From Vicinamibacteria bacterium (GTDB lineage: Bacteria > Acidobacteriota > Vicinamibacteria > Fen-336 > CBDFGD01): a stretch of 64,000 nt of DNA. The stretch is taken from the NCBI GenBank assembly GCA_965246965.1, contig CBDFGD010000002.1, positions 1,899,968 to 1,963,967 of the forward strand. Reading direction: 5' to 3'. A program made the position numbers and the translations under genes. The notes beneath the pieces were generated by a model. It was given only the letters and a program-made list of their open reading frames with translations, made no database searches and was not told the DNA's origin. Shown one piece after another: positions 53,633 through 63,145 of the stretch; position 1 is the first letter of the stretch, and the number at the start of each line of letters is the position of its first letter.

Positions 53633-55090
53633 AGTCCGTGGTGAAAGTGCCCTTTGAGCGGGCCTTACGTGACAAGTGCATGTCTTAGTGTTCGTGCATG
53701 GCGATGGGCAAACATAAGAAACGTCAAGAGGCGTTGTGGGTGCCGACGAGCGATCTGCCGCGGAGCCCTGGGCATCCTTTCTATTCGCGTTTGAATAGAG
53801 CGCTGGAGTCCGAGGGCTTCGACAGATTCGTGGAATCGCGATGCCGCCGGTTCTATGCGGCGGTTCTGGGGCGTCCGAGCCTGGCCCCTGGACGCTACTT
53901 TCGGCTCTTGCTGGTGGGGTACTTCGAGGGCCTGGACTCCGAGCGTGGGATGGCGTGGCGTGCAGCGGACTCGCTTGGGGTGCGGAGCTTCCTGGGGCTT
54001 GGGTTGGAGGAGCGGGCCCCGGAACATTCGACGATCTCGCGGACCCGGCGGCTGATCGACTTGGAAACCCACCGTGACGTGTTCACCTGGATCCAAGAGC
54101 GCCTGGCGCAGACGGGTCTTCTGAGCGGAAAGACGATTGCGATCGACGCGACGACGCTGGAAGCGAACGCGGCGATGCGGAGCATCGTGCGTCGGGATAC
54201 CGGAGAGACCTACCAGGAGTTCTTGAAGCGTCTGGCGAAGGCGTCTGGCATTCGCACGCCCTCTCGGCAAGCGCTGGCGCGGCTGGATCGGCGGCGCAAG
54301 AAGAAAGGCTCGAACGAGGAATGGAAGAGTCCGGCGGATCCGGACGCGAAGATCGCCAAAATGAAGGATGGTCGTACCCATCTGGCCCACAAAACCGAGC
54401 AGGCCGTGGACCTGACGACGGGGGCGATCGTGTCGGTGACGGTCCAGGGCGCGAACCAGGGCGACACGAGCACGCTGGGCAAGACGCTCAAGGACGCCGA
54501 GACTCAGATCGAGCGCGTTCAGAAGCGGACCCGTGCTTGCCATCCCGGAGGCCTGCAGGAAGTGGTTGGCGACAAGGGTTACCACTCCACTGCGGTTCTC
54601 CAGGAGTTGGACGCTGCGGGGCTGCGTGCGTACATATCCGAACCCGACCGTGGTCGTCGGCGATGGCGGGGCGACACCGAGAGCCGTGGCCTGGTGTACG
54701 CGAACCGTCGGCGAAGCGGCGGGGCACGAGGTCAGCGTCTGCACCGCCTCCGAGGAGAACGGGTGGAGCGACCCTTCGCTCATCTCTACCGAACCGGCCG
54801 CATGAGACGCACGCACCTTCGCGGTCACGAGAACATCCTCAAACGGGTGCTGGTCCACAGCGGTGCCTTCAATCTCGGGCTGCTGATGCGCCAGATCGTC
54901 GGAGTCGGGACGCCGAGGGGCCTGCAGGGCCGGCTCCATGACCTTCTGGCACAGCTCCTTCACCTCTGGAACCGCCTGACGGCCATCACAACGGCTCCTA
55001 CCAACCACGAACAGCTCTCGCACAATGCCCGCCACTCAGCTCCGTCGCCCTCCATCGCCGCCTCGGAAGGGCTTTAACCACGGACTGCTA
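53633..55090 (+). mobile_element. IS element, IS5/IS1182-type, with ~25-bp imperfect terminal inverted repeats and 4-bp CTAG target duplication
   Basis: Left end cagtccgtggtgaaagtgccc (53633-), right end …ccacggactg (55081-55090); flanked by CTAG at 53629-53632 and 55091-55094; contains single DDE transposase ORF. Confidence 0.8.
53698..55077 (+). CDS. DDE transposase (InsH-N/DUF772 + DDE_Tnp_1 type)
   Basis: 459 aa; IAIDATTLEANAAMRS, VVGDKGYHS DDE motifs. Confidence 0.85.
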   Translation: MAMGKHKKRQEALWVPTSDLPRSPGHPFYSRLNRALESEGFDRFVESRCRRFYAAVLGRPSLAPGRYFRLLLVGYFEGLDSERGMAWRAADSLGVRSFLGLGLEERAPEHSTISRTRRLIDLETHRDVFTWIQERLAQTGLLSGKTIAIDATTLEANAAMRSIVRRDTGETYQEFLKRLAKASGIRTPSRQALARLDRRRKKKGSNEEWKSPADPDAKIAKMKDGRTHLAHKTEQAVDLTTGAIVSVTVQGANQGDTSTLGKTLKDAETQIERVQKRTRACHPGGLQEVVGDKGYHSTAVLQELDAAGLRAYISEPDRGRRRWRGDTESRGLVYANRRRSGGARGQRLHRLRGERVERPFAHLYRTGRMRRTHLRGHENILKRVLVHSGAFNLGLLMRQIVGVGTPRGLQGRLHDLLAQLLHLWNRLTAITTAPTNHEQLSHNARHSAPSPSIAASEGL

Positions 55091-55297
55091 GACTCCCGAC
55101 CTGAAATCGTCGCCAGACAGGAGCCGACACATCAAGCACGGCTTCACGAACCCGGACGCGGACAAGATGGGAATGGACGCGCTCGCCTACGACGCGGATG
55201 CCGACGTTTATTCGTGGCTTCGATTTCTCGAGGCTCTGGAGGAGGTCGTTCTAAACTAGCCGCCCTCCCCTGGAAACGCCAGCCGCCGCGAGCCGGG

Positions 55298-55870
55298 TTA
55301 GCGACGCTTCGCAGCCGCTTCCAGACCGACGCCGTAGCCGACGAAGATGAAGCTACCGGCGTCCTCGTACGGCCCGATCTGAACCGTGGCCGCCACGCGA
55401 CCCGTCAGCCCGTCGCGCAGTACGAGCTGATAGCTGTGCCCCTCGGACGTCGACCAGTCGACGACGAACAGCGCCGCGTTCCTGTCGAGCGGCAGGCGGA
55501 CGGGTCCCCCGGTCTCCGTCAGCTCCGTCTCGGCAACGACTGGAGTACCGTCGTGCTCCACGCGCCGCAGCTTCAAGAACACGATGTCGTGGTGAGCGGG
55601 CGAGTCCACGGCGAGCTCGGGCGCGAAGACCGGGACCCGCGCCACGCCCACCAGGTTGGAAGACGGAGGCGGGCTGGCGAGGAAAGGGACGGTCAGAGGC
55701 GACAGCTCGCCGAGTCCCTCGCGAAGCGCGCCCAGCCCGTTTTCGAAAGCCGCCATGCGCTCCTGGAGCATCGCCTCGAGCGCCCCGAGTCGCCCTTCGA
55801 GGCGCGCGACCTGGAGCTGGCTCTCGGGTGTCTGAATCGCCAGAACAGCGACGAGTACGAACCCGTTCAT
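55298..55870 (-). CDS. Hypothetical membrane-anchored protein
   Basis: Start MNGFVLVAVLAIQ within ORF 55298..55993; no family assignment. Confidence 0.4.
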   Translation of the reverse strand: MNGFVLVAVLAIQTPESQLQVARLEGRLGALEAMLQERMAAFENGLGALREGLGELSPLTVPFLASPPPSSNLVGVARVPVFAPELAVDSPAHHDIVFLKLRRVEHDGTPVVAETELTETGGPVRLPLDRNAALFVVDWSTSEGHSYQLVLRDGLTGRVAATVQIGPYEDAGSFIFVGYGVGLEAAAKRR

Positions 55871-56002
55871 CTGGAACCTCTCTCTCGTGCCTCCGAGTCG
55901 AAGCAACGGGTCTCGACGGGCAGAGCGCGACTGAGCCGAGCATGCCTCACGCCGGCGGGCTGCCGCAAGCCCAACGTCGATGCGGCCCGCCACCAGGAGG
56001 CC

Positions 56003-57037
56003 TTAATGAGTGATCGGCGGCGGTGGTGGCGGTGGCGGTGATCCCGGTTGGGATGGCGACGCCGGCCCCGCGGGAGCTGCTGGGGCGCCTGAAGCTGGCT
56101 CGGTCCTGAGCACGTCGTAGCCCAGCCGCTGCAGCATATGGAGCGACCAGGCGCGCTCGAAGTAGAACGCGGGCTGGAGCAGCGTCTGGCCGACGACGGG
56201 CAGCAGCGCCAGGCAGCAGGTGAGACAGCCAACGAACATCCACACGACCGCCAGGCCGACCTGGTAGGCGATCTTGAGGATCACGTAGAGGATGAAAAGA
56301 AACAGGTTCGCCTTCAGCAGCACGGCGAACTCCCGGAGCGCCACACCGCACGAGACTTTTCGCATGAGCTGCAAGGGTGCGACGAAGTCCCGCAGCACGA
56401 GGGACAGCAGCGCGGCAACGAACACGAGCAGTAGGAAACCCGGGAGCAGCAGCAGCAACGCCACGCCGAGGCCGACGCCGCTCTCGATCCCCCCTTTTTG
56501 TACGGAATAGATCAGCAGCACGCCGAGCAGGACCAGCGTCAGCAGCGAGACGAGAGTCGCGGCCGCCAACCCGAAGCGCCAGGCAAACAGCGACCCGGCC
56601 AGCTCCGCGTGCTCGCGCCACGGCCGCGACACGTCGGAGCGTCCCGTTGCCACGTTGTCGACGTACATGAAGATGCCGCGGCTGTTGATCCAGAGGACGA
56701 GGGCCGTTAGCGCCAGAATCAGCGTCAGGGCACCCACGGTCCCCGCGACGACGAGCGACAAGTTGCCGCTCAGCCACTCGAGAACGCCGGCGATCTCCGG
56801 CAGCGAGTCGCTCCCATCGCCGCCTTGTCCCCCGCCACCCGTGCCAGACGGGAAGGGGTTCCCGAAGCCGCCGCCGCGGCCGCACTGATCGAGGAACGCC
56901 ACGAAGCCGAGGGCGACCCAGCGCTCGAACTGGAACGGAAACAGGTGACGCTTGGTGTGATCGATGGCGGCCTGCGCCGCATCGATGGCCGAAGGCTCGC
57001 GTCCCGGCGGGGTCATCGGGATCACGGGCGTCGTCAT
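56003..57037 (-). CDS. Hypothetical polytopic membrane protein with Gly-rich loop and Pro-rich C-terminus
   Basis: 344 aa ORF; start overlaps hom stop (ATGA). Confidence 0.5.
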   Translation of the reverse strand: MTTPVIPMTPPGREPSAIDAAQAAIDHTKRHLFPFQFERWVALGFVAFLDQCGRGGGFGNPFPSGTGGGGQGGDGSDSLPEIAGVLEWLSGNLSLVVAGTVGALTLILALTALVLWINSRGIFMYVDNVATGRSDVSRPWREHAELAGSLFAWRFGLAAATLVSLLTLVLLGVLLIYSVQKGGIESGVGLGVALLLLLPGFLLLVFVAALLSLVLRDFVAPLQLMRKVSCGVALREFAVLLKANLFLFILYVILKIAYQVGLAVVWMFVGCLTCCLALLPVVGQTLLQPAFYFERAWSLHMLQRLGYDVLRTEPASGAPAAPAGPASPSQPGSPPPPPPPPITH

Positions 57038-58092
57038 CGTGGCTCCTCGACCAGCCGGAGCAGATCCGACAGCACTCCGAAGGCCGTCTGGTCGACGCCT
57101 CCCCCACCCTCGAAAATGCCGATCTCTCCGAGCAACTCGGTCTCGAGGACGAGGACGGCGTCGGCACCGGCGACGGTCAGTATATCGTCGAGTGCGAGCT
57201 CCTCAGGGGCGACGGAGACGCGAACGCCGCGACCGGCAACGCCGCCTCGGGTCACGAGCCGGATCCGTCGCCCCTCGTCCAGCGCCCGGCGGACGTCTGC
57301 CTGGGTGACGTTGCCGATGCCGCGCCGGCGCACCTCGGTCGGCCGGATGTAGCGTTCCAGGATGGCGTTCGAGAGAACGCTCCCCTTGACCGCGGCGTCC
57401 CAACCGTCGAGGTCGTAGCGGGGATCCGCTTCGGCGATTCCCAGGGCTTGCGCCTCCGCCACCGCTTCGTCGCGGCTCGCCCCCTGCTGCATGCGCGAGA
57501 GGACGTGGGTCGTGGTCGAGTTGAGGACTCCTCGAAAACCCGTGACCGGCGTGCCGCGGAGGCTGAGGTCCTTGAGGCTGAACACGGGAGCGCCGTCCAT
57601 CACCGTCGATTCGTGGAGCAGGCGCGCGCCACTGCGCTCCGCGATTCGACGCAGGGCGGGCAGCGCGTGGGCGATCGGGCCCTTGTTGGCCGTGATGACG
57701 TCGATGCCGCGACGCAGGGCTCGTCGGATGTGATCGAGGGCGGGTTGGCCCGTCAGCGGCTCGAGCGGCGTCAACTCGACGAGCACGTCGGCCCGCACGC
57801 GGTCGATCATCTCGGCCACGTCCTTGGGAGGCTTTCCGCGACAGAGGCTCTCGAGCGAGGCCACGCGGCTCACCCGCTGCAGCGCTCGGGCCAGCGAGAT
57901 GCCGCTGGGGTCGAGGGCCATGCCGTGACGCGCCGTAGCGATCCCGGTCACGCGCGGCTCGGCGCCGGCGCGACGAAGCGCGCGCAGGTACGGGCCCCGC
58001 AATCGTTCGGCGAAGCAGCGTCCCACGCTGCCGAAGCCGACGAGCGCAATCCGCAGCGGACGCTTGCCGGTCGGGCGTCGTCGGGCTCTCAC
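57034..58092 (-). CDS. hom: Homoserine dehydrogenase (short form, no ACT domain)
   Basis: LVGFGSVG NAD-binding N-terminus, catalytic motif EADPRYDLDGWDAAVKGSVLSNA. Confidence 0.75.
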   Translation of the reverse strand: MRARRRPTGKRPLRIALVGFGSVGRCFAERLRGPYLRALRRAGAEPRVTGIATARHGMALDPSGISLARALQRVSRVASLESLCRGKPPKDVAEMIDRVRADVLVELTPLEPLTGQPALDHIRRALRRGIDVITANKGPIAHALPALRRIAERSGARLLHESTVMDGAPVFSLKDLSLRGTPVTGFRGVLNSTTTHVLSRMQQGASRDEAVAEAQALGIAEADPRYDLDGWDAAVKGSVLSNAILERYIRPTEVRRRGIGNVTQADVRRALDEGRRIRLVTRGGVAGRGVRVSVAPEELALDDILTVAGADAVLVLETELLGEIGIFEGGGGVDQTAFGVLSDLLRLVEEPR

Positions 58093-58238
58093 TTCGAGGT
58101 CCCCGAGTGGCCCGGGGCGTGTCGCGGCCGAGCGTCCGTGAGTTCTCGGTTCACGATGACGACCCCCGCCACGAAAATGTGGTGGAGGCGCTCGCTCAAG
58201 CGGTGGGAGTCGTCAACGGTCGGCATCGTTGTGCGATT

Positions 58239-58990
58239 CTAGTGGCTCCAGGGCGATCTGACGGCCGACGCGCCAGCTTTACCCATACCGAGAGCGTCGT
58301 GCACACGCCGCATCTCCATACCCAGGGGTGCTCGAACGTCCAGCCTCTCGCCCGATCCAGGGTGCTTCAAACGAATCGCGTGGCTGTGTAGCAGCAGACG
58401 CCGGGAATCGAGATGGCGGCGAAAGAAGCGGTTGTGGGCGCTGTCGCCGTGAGCGACGTCTCCTACGATCGGGTGTCGAAGGTGAGCCATGTGTCATCGC
58501 AGCTGATGCAAGCGGCCCGTCAACGGGCGCAGCTCCAGCAGGGAGTAGCGGGCCGTGGCGTAACGGCCTACGCGTTCCGGCAACTCCGCTTCGGCCACGC
58601 GCTGGAACAGCGTGCGACATGCGGCACGAGGTTTCCCCTCGTCGGGCGGCAACGCGTAGTCGACCTCGCCGTCGCGCTCCAGCCAGCCGCGCACGACAGC
58701 GATGTATGTCTTCTCGACGTTGCCGTCGGCCCAGGCCGAACCGAGCGCCCGGGCCGACTCCGAGCTCAGCCCGAAGACGAGAACGCCGGAGGTGCCGCGA
58801 TCGAGCCGGTGGACCGGATAGACGCGTCGCCCGAGCTGGTCGCGACGCAGGGTCAGGCAGTTGACGCTGTCCGAGGCCCGAGCCGAGCGGTGGACGACGA
58901 GACCGCTCGGCTTGTCGACGACGACGATCTGGTCGTCGGCATAGAGGACCGGTAGATGTGAGCTCGCGCCCGGCGTGGTAGCCGGCGGGC
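58239..58990 (-). CDS. RluA-family pseudouridine synthase, frameshift near 58485-58500
   Basis: VHRLDRGTSGVLVF catalytic Asp motif in ORF 58494..59513 frame; C-terminal LHQLR|AHLRHPIVGD continues in ORF 58239..58490. Confidence 0.7.
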
Positions 58991-58999
58991 TGACGCCGG

Positions 59000-60676
59000 C
59001 TACTCGGCGCTCCCGGCGGAGATGTCCGTTGGCAGCCGGTAGCAGGCCGCCTCGGTCTCGCTGCGAACGATCAGCAGGTCGCCGGCGAGGGCCATCGTGG
59101 CCCAGGTCATGCCTTCGACGGCCTGGAATCGCCCCAGCTCGATGTGGCGCTCGGGGCGGGGCTCGACCAGGACGACTTCGCCGCGCTCGGATTGAACGAG
59201 GAGCAGGTCGTCGACCAGCAGAATCTGCCCGTGTCCGTAGCGGCCACGCTTCCAGCGCCGCTCGCCGTCTTGCAGGTCGAGGCTGACGAGAATGCCGTCG
59301 TCGAGGCCGTACATGAAGCCGTCCTTGTGCACGACCTGAGTGAACTTGGCCTTGAGCCGCCGCGACTCCCAGATCAGCTTCACGGCGAGCCCGCCCGCGT
59401 CGTCTGCTTCGATCTCGAGCAGCTTGCTGCCGATTCCGTATCCGCTCGAGACGAACAGGCGATCGCCGGGCAGCACTACGGGCTGGGCGACGCGTTCGGT
59501 GCCGCGGGGCCAAGCGAACTGCCAGAGGACCTTCCCGTCCGAGGCGCCCTGACCCGCGACGTGGTTCTGGTTGAAGACGACGATCTGCTCGAGACCGGCG
59601 AGGGTGGTCAGGAAGGGCGAGCTGTAGGCGGCGGGGTCATCGCCACCGGACCACCGCCGCTCACCCGAAATCCGGTCGTAGGCCACGAGAGAGGCGCCCT
59701 TTTCGCCGCCAGCCAGCACGACGACTAGATCTTCGAGCAGCAGCGGCGAGGCTGCGACTCCGTAGCTCGGAGGCCTGCCGCCTGAATCCTCCAGGATGTT
59801 GCGCCGGAAGATCGGCTCGCCGGTCTCGAGCTCGAGCGCCGTCAGCGTGCCGCGAGCGCCCACCACGAACACGCGACCCGCACCGATCGCGGGAGTGCTG
59901 CGCGGCCCGTGTCCGGTCATCGCGCTCTCGAAGCCGCCGTCGTTGTTCTGGCTCCAAAGCACCTGGCCGGTCTGGAGTGCGTACGCCACGATGAGCTCCT
60001 CGCCCTGTCGCTGCTCGAGGGTTACGGCAATGTCGGAGGCGACCGCGAACCCCGACCATCCGAGCCCGATCGGTTGGCGCCACAGCTCCGCGGGCGCCGT
60101 GGCGTCCCAGTCCCTCGAGAGCGAGACGTGCTCGACCGTCGCGTCGCGATTGGGCCCCAGAAACTGAGCGAAGTCTCGCAGCGGATGGGCGGGGGCGGGA
60201 TCCGCAGCTCCCGCAGCGACCGGCGCCCCGACGGCTTCGGGTTCCGGCTCGGAGGGCGCCACTGCGGCGCCGGGCTCGGTGACCTCGGCCGGCTCGACCG
60301 GCTCCGGAACCCTCGGCTGCCCGGGCGCGCGACGTGGCGGCATCGGCAACGCGTCCTCGCCGCGCCACGCGACGCGAGGCACCAGATCGCCGCTCACCCC
60401 ACGGATCTCGAAGAGCAACACGCTCACACCGAAGACGGAGGCGAGCCCGAGCAGGCCGAGCAAGCGCAGCCGCCCCGGTGCGTGCGAGAAGCTCAGCCAC
60501 CAGAGCAGCAGAGCGATCCCCGAGACAACGATCGTTGCCGCCGTCCGTATCACCAGAAGCTGTCGGAACGGGGCATCCGATGGCAGCCAGATCCATACGA
60601 GCGCGACGGCGGCGACCGCCGCGACCGCGTAGACGGGCCAGATTCTCAGGGCTGACTTCGGCTTCCCATGGGCCAT
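59000..60676 (-). CDS. Membrane-anchored PQQ-like beta-propeller repeat protein (BamB-like fold)
   Basis: N-terminal TM helices, Pro/Ala linker, repeated G-x-V-x-A-x-D…G…W motifs. Confidence 0.65.
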   Translation of the reverse strand: MAHGKPKSALRIWPVYAVAAVAAVALVWIWLPSDAPFRQLLVIRTAATIVVSGIALLLWWLSFSHAPGRLRLLGLLGLASVFGVSVLLFEIRGVSGDLVPRVAWRGEDALPMPPRRAPGQPRVPEPVEPAEVTEPGAAVAPSEPEPEAVGAPVAAGAADPAPAHPLRDFAQFLGPNRDATVEHVSLSRDWDATAPAELWRQPIGLGWSGFAVASDIAVTLEQRQGEELIVAYALQTGQVLWSQNNDGGFESAMTGHGPRSTPAIGAGRVFVVGARGTLTALELETGEPIFRRNILEDSGGRPPSYGVAASPLLLEDLVVVLAGGEKGASLVAYDRISGERRWSGGDDPAAYSSPFLTTLAGLEQIVVFNQNHVAGQGASDGKVLWQFAWPRGTERVAQPVVLPGDRLFVSSGYGIGSKLLEIEADDAGGLAVKLIWESRRLKAKFTQVVHKDGFMYGLDDGILVSLDLQDGERRWKRGRYGHGQILLVDDLLLVQSERGEVVLVEPRPERHIELGRFQAVEGMTWATMALAGDLLIVRSETEAACYRLPTDISAGSAE

Positions 60677-60771
60677 TCAGGGGTCCTCGGCGGCGATCAT
60701 AGCGCCCAGGGCCGGAGCGTCGTGCTAGGCTTGGTTCTTCTCTACTCCGCCGCCGAAAAGAGTCCCTGATC

Positions 60772-61839
60772 GTGGGCGTCAATCTCGAAAAGTACCGCGA
60801 GACGCTGCTGAAGGCGGACTTCCTCGCGCACATCCCAGAGGCGACGCTTCGTGACTTCGTCGCCGCCGGGCGGGAGATCACGCTCCGTTCGGGCCAGCTC
60901 ATTTTCGAGGCCGGCGACTCGGGCGACTGCATGTACATCGTCATCGAGGGCCAGCTGCTGATCTACCGGGACGAGACCGAGCTCTCCTTCGTCGTGCCCG
61001 GCGGTTATTTCGGCGAGATGGCGATGCTGGAGGGCCAGGTCCGATCGGCCAGCGTCAAGGCACTCGAGCGGGCCCGCCTGATGGAGGTGAGCCAGGACAC
61101 CTTCACGCGCTTCATCTCACCGCATCCCGACGCACTGATCGTCCTGCTCAAGACCCTGTCCACCCACGCCCGGCTCGACCTGGACGCCTTGTCGCGGAAC
61201 TACCAGCGTCTCCGCGAGTACTCGACCCGTGTCGAGGCCACCAACCGAGAGCTCTACAAGATGAGGTCCGATCTCGTCGAGAGCAATCGGGAGCTGGAGC
61301 GCTTGTCGAGCCTGGATGCGTTGACCGGGATCTCGAACCGCAGACGCTTCGACTACGTGCTCTCCGAGGAGTGGCGCCGCGCCGCTCGTGCGAAGTCCCC
61401 GATGGCGCTCATCATGCTGGACATCGACCACTTCAAGTCCTACAACGACGCTCACGGTCACGTCGCCGGGGATCACGTACTGACGCGCGTCGGCGAGATC
61501 ATGGAGAGCGCTCCCCGGCGCGCCGGCGACCTCGTCGCCCGTTACGGCGGGGAGGAGTTCGCGTTCGTGCTGGCCGAGACGGGCCCCGAAGGCGCGACTC
61601 AGGTCGCCGAGGCCGTGCGCGAGGAGGTTCTCCAGCTCAAGATCGCACACGGCGGCTCTTCGGTCCACGAGTACCTCACGATCAGCGCAGGAGTGGCGTC
61701 GGTCGTGCCGAAGCCGAGTGACGATCCCACCGAGCTGATCCAACTAGCCGATCAGGCCCTGTACCTCGCCAAGCAGCGCGGGCGGAATCGCGTCGAGGTC
61801 AGCGGCCCCGAGAGCGCCGAGCACTCTCAGGTGAGCTAG
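60772..61839 (+). CDS. cNMP-binding domain + GGDEF diguanylate cyclase
   Basis: PBC GEMAMLEGQVRSASVKA; GGDEF core RYGGEEFAFVL with DxxNDxxGH upstream. Confidence 0.85.
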   Translation: MGVNLEKYRETLLKADFLAHIPEATLRDFVAAGREITLRSGQLIFEAGDSGDCMYIVIEGQLLIYRDETELSFVVPGGYFGEMAMLEGQVRSASVKALERARLMEVSQDTFTRFISPHPDALIVLLKTLSTHARLDLDALSRNYQRLREYSTRVEATNRELYKMRSDLVESNRELERLSSLDALTGISNRRRFDYVLSEEWRRAARAKSPMALIMLDIDHFKSYNDAHGHVAGDHVLTRVGEIMESAPRRAGDLVARYGGEEFAFVLAETGPEGATQVAEAVREEVLQLKIAHGGSSVHEYLTISAGVASVVPKPSDDPTELIQLADQALYLAKQRGRNRVEVSGPESAEHSQVS

Positions 61840-62001
61840 TGTCATGCGCCAGAGATTTGTCGGCATTCGAGCGCCGATGCATCCCGCCTGACTGCGTCGC
61901 TCATTGGTCAAATACTCCCGGTATTCTCCCTCTTCGACTCCTTGCCAGCCGGGCGCCTCGACGCCCTCGGTGCGCAACAACTTCTGGCGCAGGCCACTAG
62001 T
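61836..62001 (+). repeat. Repeat family copy C
   Basis: Core 61873-61964 matches copies A/B; arms gctagtgtcatgcgccagagatttgtcggcattcgagcgccg / cgacgccctcggtgcgcaacaacttctggcgcaggccactag are inverted complements; overlaps GGDEF stop TAG (61837-61839) and putative start of next gene. Confidence 0.75.
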
Positions 62002-62593
62002 GCCCTTCATTCGGCAGGTTCCCATTGGCGAGGCCACGGGAATCCTGGAACGCCAGTTCGATGCGGCGCTCAGGCGGGCCGGGCGGGTCTGGCACATCCT
62101 CCACGTCATGAGCATCAACCCGCTCGTCTTGCGGGACAGCATGCTGTTCTATCGGACGATCATGTTCGGCGAGTCACCGCTGACACGAGTACAGCGCGAG
62201 ATGCTCGCCACCGTGACGTCGGGCGAGCAGCAGTGCCACTATTGAACGCAGGCTCACGCCCACGACCTCCGGGAAGAGGTCGCCCACGAGATCCCAGACG
62301 CTGCGGCGGCCGACGCGTACGTCCACGCCGTGGCGCGGGACTGGCGTGGCGCCCCGCTCAGTGACGCGGACCAGGCGCTGTGCCGCTTCGCATCCAAGCT
62401 CACGCATCACGCCAGCGAGGTGAGCGCGGAGGACATCGAAACGCTCCGCGCTCGCGGCTTCGACGACCGGGCCGTTCACGACGCCGTTCAGGTGATCGGC
62501 TATTTCAACTACGTCACCCGTGTCGCGGACGGGCTCGGCATCGAGGCCGAGGACTTCATCCGCCACTGGGGACGACCAGAGATGGAGGCCTGA
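62000..62593 (+). CDS. Carboxymuconolactone decarboxylase/AhpD-like peroxidase-related protein with in-frame UGA at CHY-U (probable selenocysteine)
   Basis: ORFs 61904..62245 and 62330..62593 share one frame; TGA 62243-62245 replaces 2nd Cys of conserved CxxC…H redox motif (…EQQCHY*TQAH…); downstream region matches family C-terminus; hairpin cgacctc-cgggaa-gaggtcg at 62263-62282; start GTG 62000 uncertain. Confidence 0.6.
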
Positions 62594-63136
62594 GTGACTC
62601 ATCGACGCCGCGCTACGGTAGTGGGCCTGCTGGCCTCGCTCCTCTTCGGACTCGGCACCGCGTTTGGCGGCGAGGCCGCAGCGGACGACGAGTGGGTGAT
62701 CTGGCTCGTGCGTCACGCCGAGAAAGTCGACGAGTCCGCCGATCCCCCGCTGGACGAGGCCGGCCACGCCCGGGCGCTCGCGCTCGCGGCGCTGCTCGCC
62801 GACGCCGGCATCGACCGGATCTTGAGCACCGACTACCTCCGCACCCTCGACACCGCCGCACCGTTGGCCCGCCGGCTCGGCCTCGAGACGGAGAAGTACG
62901 ACTCGCGCGACCTCCCCGCTCTCGCCGCCCGCATCGCCGAGACACCGGGCCGCTACCTCGTCGTCGGCCACAGCAACACGACCCCCGCGCTCGCCGAGCT
63001 CCTCGGCGGCGATGCGGGGGGCCCGATCGCCCACGAAGAGTACGACCGCCTCTACATCCTCACCCGCCGCGGCGCAAAGACCACGACGATCGTTCTCCGC
63101 TACGGAACCGGCGGGGCCGTGTCTGTTACTATGTGA
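62594..63136 (+). CDS. Histidine phosphatase (phosphoglycerate mutase-like, SixA-type) with signal peptide
   Basis: WLVRHAEK (RHG-type motif), GHSNT second His; GTG start directly after previous stop. Confidence 0.65.
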   Translation: MTHRRRATVVGLLASLLFGLGTAFGGEAAADDEWVIWLVRHAEKVDESADPPLDEAGHARALALAALLADAGIDRILSTDYLRTLDTAAPLARRLGLETEKYDSRDLPALAARIAETPGRYLVVGHSNTTPALAELLGGDAGGPIAHEEYDRLYILTRRGAKTTTIVLRYGTGGAVSVTM

Positions 63137-63145
63137 CTATCAGCG

